Assembly (NCBI GenBank): GCA_017556805.1
Contig: JAFYMC010000016.1
Span: 47,377 to 111,376 of the forward strand
DNA: 64,000 nt
DNA from: Lachnospiraceae bacterium
Lineage (GTDB): Bacteria; Bacillota; Clostridia; Lachnospirales; Lachnospiraceae
Direction of reading: 5' to 3'
Shown here: positions 57,030-64,000 of the stretch, piece after piece
How positions within the stretch are numbered: the stretch's first letter is position 1
Layout: every line of letters begins with the position of its first letter
The notes under the pieces: model-generated
Database searches by the model: none
Seen by the model: only the letters and a program-made list of their open reading frames with translations
Told to the model about the DNA's origin: nothing
Made by a program: the position numbers and the translations under genes

Positions 57030-60000
57030 TCACTCCACCGCAAATGCCTCCCCATTGGTAAAGGCATAAATCATCCGCTCCTTGACCGTCTTTCCGGTCA
57101 CCTGACAAAGGGCCTGCTCATAATAATCAAGCTGAGTCTTATAACGCTTTGTCAGTACTTCCTTTACATTTTCCTGTACAGAATCCGTCTTGTAGTCTAC
57201 CAGCACCAATTCGCCCTCTTCTTCAAAACAGGCATCAATAATACCCTGCACCATCACAAGCTCTGCCGGATCCGCTTCTTCTGTTTTATAAACCTCCGGA
57301 TACGGCAATCCGATGACAAAAGGCTGTTCCTTCTTTAACGTGCCCTTTCTTGCTGCCGTCTGCATCCGTCCTCCCAGCTCGCTTCGGAAAAACTTATAAA
57401 TCTTTCCCGGTGCTACAAGAGCTGCCGCATCCTTCCGGATACGTCCCTTTGCAATCAGCTCTTCCATAGCGGCCGACACATCCGTTTCTTCCTTGTATTC
57501 TCTGCAAAAATCCAGGCACTCCATAATACGGTGATACAAGGTTCCCCGTTCACTGCCGGACACTCCTTCCGGCTGTATCTCCTGCATAAACTTCGGAACC
57601 GTCTTTTCCGGCACTGCCTCCGGGAACAATTCCTCCTGCTCCTCATCGGCATAGGCGGCTTTTTTCAGTTCCGATACAGAAAGCTTCATTTTCCCTTTAC
57701 AAAGCGGATACGGATATTGATAGGTTTCCCGGGCGGACAACTCCTCTGCCAGCCCTTCGTGATACACCCTGTCAATGCTTGCTGCGCATAGGCCGTCATA
57801 CCAACGTTGCCGTTCCGCACGCTCCGCTTCTTTTTTCAAAACTGCCTCCGCAGCCTCGTTCTCCGACTGTTCTCTTCGAACTCCTTTGATGTTTCCCTTT
57901 TTTAGACACTTCCCGAGAGAAAGCTTTAAAAAGTCCAGATACGTGTTGGCACTGAGCAGTTCGGAGTAGCTTGCCGCCTCTTCCTTCTCCGAAGCTGTCT
58001 CCAATGTATTGTAAAACTCTGTCTCCGAATCCACCGCAGCCGACAAAATCAGCTTCTCCTTTGCTCTGGTCAATGCCACGTACAGAATACGCAGCTCCTC
58101 CGAAAGCATTTCATAATTTAGCTGCCCCGCAATCACCTTTTTGAACAGGGTCGGTGCCTTTACCCGTAGTACCTCGTCCTTGAAATCCATTCCCACACCA
58201 AGCTCCGGATGAAGCACCAGTCCCGCATGGACATCCATACGGTTGAACTTTTTGGACAGTCCCGCCACAATTACCACCGGTGCCTCCAAGCCTTTACTTT
58301 TATGAATACTCATTAGGCGCACCGCATTCTCTCCGGACACAATCTGGGCCTCTCCCGTGTCCGTATCGTATTTTATCAGCCGCTCAATATAACGAACAAA
58401 ATCAAAAATCCCGGAATAACTGCTTTCTTCGAATTTCTTTGCTTTTTCCACAAGCATGGAAAGGTTTTCCGCGCGCCGTTCTCCTCCCGGCATCACCCGC
58501 ACAAAATCCGGGTAGGACGTGGTTTCATACAATGCCTCCAATACCTCCGGAACCCCTGCATATAAAGAGAGCGCCTGCAGACCACGTAGCTGTTCCGTAA
58601 AATGGAGCAACTTCTTTCTTGCCGTACATACTGCCGGAAGCAATTCTTCCGGAACCTTTCCGTTCCCATGCACACCGGCAGTCTTCCTATCATCCCCGGT
58701 ACTTACAGATTCTTCCGTTGTTTCCAAAAAGAGGTTTATCGCATCATAAAAGGCACTTCGATATCCCCTTTCCTCTGCCTTAGCCACAATCCGGACTACC
58801 GCCAGTTCTTCCTCGGTCATTCCCGCCATTTCGGAACGAAGCACCGAAACCAGCGGAATATCCTGAAGCGGATTATCGATTACCCGGAGAGCATTTAACA
58901 CCACCGTCACCTCTCTGGCAGAAAAATACCCGCTTTGTTTTTCCACTACTGCCGGGATGTTAAGCTCCGTAAACACCTCCGTGAAAGGCTCCGCATAACC
59001 GCTGACTGCCCGGAACAGCACCGTAATATCCCGGTACTCCACCGGATGAAACTTCGGTCGCACCACGCCGTCCTCGCCGACTTCTTCTCCGTCATAAATC
59101 GGTAATCCGCTGTCAATTAAACTCTGAATCCGGGCACCTACCGTCATGGCCTCTTTCGCAATACGGTCAAGGCTCTCATCTTCCTCCTCCGTGTCAAGCT
59201 CCGTCAGTAGCAGTTCTGCCGTATATGCCGCTCTCTTTTGCGCCTCATCCTCCGAATCAAACGGATAAGACGCCCCCAAATACAGCTTTGCCTCGTCATC
59301 GTATTCGATACCGCCGAAGCGTTTTTGCATCAGGCCGGAAAACACATCGTTTACCGCATCCACTACCGCCCGTCTGCTTCGAAAGTTCTTCCCGAGCACG
59401 ATTTTACAGTAATCCCCGGCCTCACCGTACGGAGCATACTCCTCATACTTTTTCATAAAAAGCTCCGGCTTTGCCATACGGAACTTATAAATACTTTGCT
59501 TTACATCTCCCACCATAAACCGGTTCGGACAACCGTCCTCTTCACCGGATATACTCCACAACAGCAAATCCTGAATCTCGTTACTGTCCTGACACTCATC
59601 AATCATCAGCTCATCAAACCGACTACGCAAAAGCTTTGCCGTCTCTGTCGGATGAAATCCGTCGGCGTTTTCCTCCACCAAAAGGCGCACCGCCAGATGC
59701 TCCAAATCGTTAAAATCCACCAGTCCCCGCTCGGACTTTCTCTTTGCATAACGTTCCCCGTATTCGGCACACAATCCCACCAGCACCTGCAAAAGCGGTG
59801 CCATAGCCGCCATATCCTGTGCCATCTGTTCCGAATCCGTGAAAAAATAATCCTTCTTCAGCTTTGTAAGCAGGTCTTTATAGCGTCCCCGCAGGTCTTT
59901 CACCTGCTCCTTTTTCTCCTCCGTTGTATCACATTTTTTCCGGGAAAGTGCCTGGAAAGAAAGGTCTGCAAAGGCCTCCGTCAATTCTCCGTAGGTGTCC

Positions 60001-60806
60001 TTGGCGCAAAGTGTGTCAAGAAGATCCCCATCCGCATCCAAGGCCTCCAGATACGTATACGGCCCCTCCGGACCTTCGCACAGCGCTACCGCCTTCTTAC
60101 GAAGCTGCTCACAATCCCGGAGAATGGTTTTGATACGCTCCGTCAAAATCCGGATGCACGGCTCCTCCTCCGAAAGTGTCGTTGCACTTTTCTGCCGCTC
60201 CAATGCCGCATCTGCCTGAGCAAGCCAGCTTTCCGGAAACGGTGCGCTTTGGGCAAATTTATAAAAATTCTCGATGTGCTTACTCAAGCCGTCATCGGTT
60301 TTCCCGCTACCGATGCATTCCGTCAGGCGGAGAAATAATTCTTCGCCTTGTGCATACCGGTCCTCCAACAACTCCTCCATCACATCTGCCCGAAGAAGTG
60401 TCAATTCTGCCTCCTCCGCAATGCGGAAACCCGGGTCCAGATCCAGTTCATAGAAAAACTCCCGTAAAAGACTTAAGCAAAATCCGTGAATGGTCATAAT
60501 GGAAGCATTCCGCAACAACAGCACCTGCTTTTGCAGATGTGTATTTCCCGCATATTCTTCTGTGGCCAGACACTCATTCAACCGTTTGCCGATACGTTCC
60601 CGCATCTCCGCCGCTGCCGCATTGGTATAGGTCACCACCAACAGGCGGTTAATATCCTGCGGCGTTTCCTTATCTGTCAGTTTTTCGATAATGCGTTGTA
60701 CCAGCACCGCCGTTTTACCGGATCCCGCCGCCGCGGATACCAGTGTCGAACATCCTCTGACCTCAATGACCTGCCTTTGTTCCGGCGTGAATCGAAGCTT
60801 CCCCAT
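57030..60806 (-). CDS. addA: Helicase-exonuclease AddAB, subunit A
   Basis: There is a UvrD-type Walker A (VSAAAGSGKTAVLVQRI) and a C-terminal RecB nuclease (GIIDACFEE...LVDYKT). The start is placed at MGKLRF (60806), with AAAGGAGAG upstream. It overlaps the addB 3-prime end. Confidence 0.92.
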   Translation of the reverse strand: MGKLRFTPEQRQVIEVRGCSTLVSAAAGSGKTAVLVQRIIEKLTDKETPQDINRLLVVTYTNAAAAEMRERIGKRLNECLATEEYAGNTHLQKQVLLLRNASIMTIHGFCLSLLREFFYELDLDPGFRIAEEAELTLLRADVMEELLEDRYAQGEELFLRLTECIGSGKTDDGLSKHIENFYKFAQSAPFPESWLAQADAALERQKSATTLSEEEPCIRILTERIKTILRDCEQLRKKAVALCEGPEGPYTYLEALDADGDLLDTLCAKDTYGELTEAFADLSFQALSRKKCDTTEEKKEQVKDLRGRYKDLLTKLKKDYFFTDSEQMAQDMAAMAPLLQVLVGLCAEYGERYAKRKSERGLVDFNDLEHLAVRLLVEENADGFHPTETAKLLRSRFDELMIDECQDSNEIQDLLLWSISGEEDGCPNRFMVGDVKQSIYKFRMAKPELFMKKYEEYAPYGEAGDYCKIVLGKNFRSRRAVVDAVNDVFSGLMQKRFGGIEYDDEAKLYLGASYPFDSEDEAQKRAAYTAELLLTELDTEEEDESLDRIAKEAMTVGARIQSLIDSGLPIYDGEEVGEDGVVRPKFHPVEYRDITVLFRAVSGYAEPFTEVFTELNIPAVVEKQSGYFSAREVTVVLNALRVIDNPLQDIPLVSVLRSEMAGMTEEELAVVRIVAKAEERGYRSAFYDAINLFLETTEESVSTGDDRKTAGVHGNGKVPEELLPAVCTARKKLLHFTEQLRGLQALSLYAGVPEVLEALYETTSYPDFVRVMPGGERRAENLSMLVEKAKKFEESSYSGIFDFVRYIERLIKYDTDTGEAQIVSGENAVRLMSIHKSKGLEAPVVIVAGLSKKFNRMDVHAGLVLHPELGVGMDFKDEVLRVKAPTLFKKVIAGQLNYEMLSEELRILYVALTRAKEKLILSAAVDSETEFYNTLETASEKEEAASYSELLSANTYLDFLKLSLGKCLKKGNIKGVRREQSENEAAEAVLKKEAERAERQRWYDGLCAASIDRVYHEGLAEELSARETYQYPYPLCKGKMKLSVSELKKAAYADEEQEELFPEAVPEKTVPKFMQEIQPEGVSGSERGTLYHRIMECLDFCREYKEETDVSAAMEELIAKGRIRKDAAALVAPGKIYKFFRSELGGRMQTAARKGTLKKEQPFVIGLPYPEVYKTEEADPAELVMVQGIIDACFEEEGELVLVDYKTDSVQENVKEVLTKRYKTQLDYYEQALCQVTGKTVKERMIYAFTNGEAFAVE

Positions 60807-63800
60807 GACTCTCCTTTCCGAACTCCTCCCAGAGTTCATCTTTCCTTAACTCCTTAAGCTCCCGATAGGAATACTCGGTCAGTCTGTTATCAAATCCGCA
60901 AACCGACTTATAATTACAATACTCACACGGCGTCGTCTTTTTGTATCGGTACGGCCTTGCTTCCGTATCCCCGGCTAAAATCGCCTCTGCCTCCCGCTCC
61001 AACTTCCGGTATACAAACTCCGTCAGCGTCTGAAAGCCCTCTTCATGAATGCCCTTGGAGTTTGCCTTTAACTGTCCTTCCTTATCGGTCTCCGCATAAA
61101 TTAACTTCGACGCCTCGGAAGGCTTAAGACCACCGTTTTCCGCCTTTAGGGATACATCAAGTGCCGTTACGGAGGCTACGGAATTATTAAAGATACCGTC
61201 CGGACGAAACTCCTTCTTTACCGCATCCTCGGAATACTTTTCCCTATCTAAAAACGGGTCCTCCACATGGAAATAAAACATCCCTGCCGGTACCGGAGTC
61301 ACATTATCCTCTGCCGCCGTCTGCCTCAGTGCCGCCGCCAGATATACCTCCAACTGCACCTGTAAACCGTAGTACAACTCCGTCAAATCAAACTTTTTCT
61401 TACCGGACTTATAGTCCACTACCCGCAAATACCACTTATCATCACTGTAGCACACATCATATCGGTCGATCTTTCCGTGAAGCGAAAGGTACTTCGCGGT
61501 ATGCTCGAATACTGCTTCGCAATGCTTCGGCTCAAACAAACTGCCCTTAATCTGCTCTTGCAGCATCTCCACCGTCTTTTTCATCACCCGGGCCGCCTTT
61601 GTTACCAGATAGCTGTTCCGCTTCGTGCCGTCAAATACTCCGTTCTCGAAAGTGGTTGCCGCCTCTGCCAGGCTCTCTTCACACAACCCTTCCCGTTCCG
61701 CATCCGTCAACGTATGCCAGGAAAGACCTTTCTCCCTCACCTTTCCCGTAAACAATTCCAATGCCGTATGATATAAATTACCGAGTTCCGGCGCTGCCAC
61801 GCGGTATTCCGCACGCTCCTCCAGGGAAAGCCCATACTGCAAAAAGTGGGAAAAGGCGCAGGCCGCATACTTCTCTAACCGGGTTACACTACCGTATAAC
61901 ACCGCCCCGTACAACTGCTTAGCCACTGCCTCCTGCAGATTCCCGGTCGGATTTCCGAAAAAGGCCGTCCGTAACAACCGTTTTGTTTCCGCCTCGTCCG
62001 CCAACATATACCGGCGGTACAACTCCCAAAAGGCAGGATTCTCTACGTTTCCCTCTGCCGCAAAACGACGCAGACCATCCAACAAATACGTCTTTCCGGT
62101 ATCGTTTTGAAGCACTGCACTATAAGACGCCTCTTCCTCGTCCCGTATCGGAAACTCCGTAAACAGTTCACCGATTCTACGTACAAAATAGGACGGTTGC
62201 AGCGCGCTTCCGTCGGAAGACAGGCGGCTGCAGGTCATAATCAACCGTTTTCTCGGCTTCGTCAGCATGGCGTACAAATAAAACTGCTCCGTATATACCG
62301 CTTCTTTTCTCGTAGGCGCCAGTTCCACATTCTTCTCTTTAAAAAACTCCCGCTCCGCCTCGGAAATCAGACCTCCCGTACTGCTCTGGGCCGGGGTAAC
62401 TCCCTCATTCACGCCTACCAGGTAGAGTACATCCACATCCGCCAGTCGGGTTCTTGTTATATCTCCGATGACAACGCAATCCGTCCCCTCCGGGACAAAT
62501 CCCACCTTACACTCCCTGAGAGCGGTTTCCATCAACTCTGTATACTCCCGCAGGGACATCTCTTCCTCTGCCAGAAGCTCCATAAAACGATCCAGTATAT
62601 CAAGGACATTCCGGTACACCTGACGATATTCCGCTGCCCGTACCAAGTCATTCTTTTCCAAAAAATCCGCTTCCATCCCCCGTAGTTTTTCCTCTACGGA
62701 AAGACGTTCTAAGAACACATAAAGCGCCCTGGTACGTTCTCCTGCGGTTTTCCCTTCCGCAAGAACTCGTCCGATTTCGGAAAGCTCCCCATAAATCCGC
62801 TCACGCAAACCGTTTAAATAGGTCAAATCTACAGTTTGTCCGGTACGATAGCGGTATTTCCACTCACCCTTCCACATCCGTTCTCCCCGAATGCCGCATC
62901 CGAGACAATAGTTTTCCAACACCGCCACTTCCTCCGGTGCATATTCCGTCAGCCCGCTCTTTAAATAGCGGAATACCGACTCATAGGAAAAACCGCTCAG
63001 AGAATTGTGCAGTACCGCCCGGATGAAAGCAATGCACGGATTATGGAACATGTTCCGCTTACTGTCTAAAAACACCGGCACACCGGCCTTTCGACATTCT
63101 TCCCGTAACAGTTCCCCATAACCCGCGATATCTCCCGTCACCACCGCGATTCTTCCATAACGTAAGCCCTCGGTCCGTACCCGTCCGGCAATATCCGCCG
63201 CCACAAAGGCCGCCTCTGCCTTCCGGTTCATCTTGGCATACAGTAAAATACTGCCGTCGTTTGCACATTTTGCCGGCACCGGATATCGGAATAAACCTCT
63301 TTCCAACGCCTGAAGCATTACATTTTCCGAAAACCGCGGCAAACCGCCTTCTGTCCCCAGTATTTCCGTTTCTACCGGACAGCCCGCTTCCTCCGCCAAT
63401 CGTGTCACCACCGCTTTTGTGCGAAGGGTCAGGTAAAACAACCCATGTTCCGCCTCCGATTTTTGTAACGCCGCTTCGTCGGCAGTCAATGTCATATAAC
63501 ACCGTCCCGCATACTGTAACAGTTTTTTTAGCAGTCCGTACTGAGAAGGCGTAAACCCGGTAAATCCGTCAAAAAACACATCACAATCCTTCATAAGCAA
63601 GGACTCTCCGATGACCTCCGCCAGCACATCCGACACCGTTTCCGTAGCCAGATATTTCCCTTCGATGCACTCGACAAAACCTTCATACACTGCCGCAATG
63701 TCCGACAGCTTTTTATATAATACCGGCTCATCCTTTGCGAGCAAGCGCATTTGCTCCAAAGCCTCCGGCGTAATTCCGTATTGATAAAACTCCGAGATTA

Positions 63801-64000
63801 AGGACTTCATTTCGTCAATAAAGCCCGCTTTTTTTGCATTTGCGGCAAACACACGCAGTTCTCCCGCAAGCCGTCCCACCACTCGTTTTATAAGCAGACT
63901 CTTTCCCACATCACTTAACAATTCTCCCGGTACGATTCCCAATTCCTCAAACACACGATAAGAAAGGCGCAGGAAACTAAGCACCTCAATGTTTGACATG
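60763..64000 (-). CDS. addB: Helicase-exonuclease AddAB, subunit B (partial; N-terminus lies right of the window)
   Basis: The reading frame is open to the window edge. The C-terminal nuclease has Fe-S cysteines (VDYKSGKK; PCEYCNYKSVCGFD). It lies directly upstream of addA. Confidence 0.9.
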   Translation of the reverse strand, partial: MSNIEVLSFLRLSYRVFEELGIVPGELLSDVGKSLLIKRVVGRLAGELRVFAANAKKAGFIDEMKSLISEFYQYGITPEALEQMRLLAKDEPVLYKKLSDIAAVYEGFVECIEGKYLATETVSDVLAEVIGESLLMKDCDVFFDGFTGFTPSQYGLLKKLLQYAGRCYMTLTADEAALQKSEAEHGLFYLTLRTKAVVTRLAEEAGCPVETEILGTEGGLPRFSENVMLQALERGLFRYPVPAKCANDGSILLYAKMNRKAEAAFVAADIAGRVRTEGLRYGRIAVVTGDIAGYGELLREECRKAGVPVFLDSKRNMFHNPCIAFIRAVLHNSLSGFSYESVFRYLKSGLTEYAPEEVAVLENYCLGCGIRGERMWKGEWKYRYRTGQTVDLTYLNGLRERIYGELSEIGRVLAEGKTAGERTRALYVFLERLSVEEKLRGMEADFLEKNDLVRAAEYRQVYRNVLDILDRFMELLAEEEMSLREYTELMETALRECKVGFVPEGTDCVVIGDITRTRLADVDVLYLVGVNEGVTPAQSSTGGLISEAEREFFKEKNVELAPTRKEAVYTEQFYLYAMLTKPRKRLIMTCSRLSSDGSALQPSYFVRRIGELFTEFPIRDEEEASYSAVLQNDTGKTYLLDGLRRFAAEGNVENPAFWELYRRYMLADEAETKRLLRTAFFGNPTGNLQEAVAKQLYGAVLYGSVTRLEKYAACAFSHFLQYGLSLEERAEYRVAAPELGNLYHTALELFTGKVREKGLSWHTLTDAEREGLCEESLAEAATTFENGVFDGTKRNSYLVTKAARVMKKTVEMLQEQIKGSLFEPKHCEAVFEHTAKYLSLHGKIDRYDVCYSDDKWYLRVVDYKSGKKKFDLTELYYGLQVQLEVYLAAALRQTAAEDNVTPVPAGMFYFHVEDPFLDREKYSEDAVKKEFRPDGIFNNSVASVTALDVSLKAENGGLKPSEASKLIYAETDKEGQLKANSKGIHEEGFQTLTEFVYRKLEREAEAILAGDTEARPYRYKKTTPCEYCNYKSVCGFDNRLTEYSYRELKELRKDELWEEFGKESHGEASIHAGTKAGH

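Noticed and set aside
59238-60338. 366-aa plus-strand ORF
   Set aside because: It lies entirely antisense within addA, which has unambiguous helicase motifs. Its composition is typical of shadow ORFs.
1-64000. Search for rRNA, tRNA, CRISPR arrays, IS elements/transposases, integrases, prophage genes, reverse transcriptases
   Set aside because: None was recognised in any intergenic gap or ORF translation. The intergenic gaps are short apart from those discussed. This was a by-eye scan only, without tRNAscan or Infernal.

Overview
This is a 64-kb chromosomal segment of roughly 48-50% GC (estimated by eye). Nearly all genes are on the minus strand. Gene content looks like a saccharolytic Clostridia genome, probably Lachnospiraceae-type; the taxon is inference only.

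All protein calls come from reading the translations and recalling motifs. No BLAST or HMM search was possible.

Contents, left to right:
- An AraC regulator sits between an open-ended sugar-ABC binding protein with CBM-like modules and a lipoprotein with an internally duplicated domain.
- adhE has a Rex-box-like palindrome upstream and is followed by a small kinase-fold gene.
- A glucuronoxylan-oligosaccharide processing set is present: GH43, CE15, uxuA, GH67 and GH51. Further right lie GH120-like plus a permuted GH3, an FGGY kinase, and a secreted CBM4-Ig-GH9 lipoprotein.
- A hicAB toxin-antitoxin pair is present.
- A self-contained 31-codon hydrophobic peptide gene looks like a type I toxin.
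- Two paralogous 'ABC-class' ATPases (COG3044/PF09818 type) bracket a GNAT.
- There are two ECF sigma/anti-sigma pairs.
- Housekeeping genes include ispD, tsaD, rnz, tsaE-tsaB-rimI, tex, cysK and addAB.

I saw no rRNA, tRNA, CRISPR array, transposase, integrase or phage genes.

The supplied ORF track misses at least three real-looking genes: the open-ended gene at 1-1905, hicA (57 aa) and the 31-aa peptide.

The most unusual items:
- the twin ATPase/GNAT module, whose function is unknown;
- the type-I-toxin-like cassette;
- two 250-300-bp imperfect palindromes with 21-30-bp perfect inverted-repeat blocks, lying between convergent genes;
- an XRE-HTH fused to a desulfoferrodoxin-like domain.

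None of these is proven to be a new system. Each is stated with the test that would settle it.
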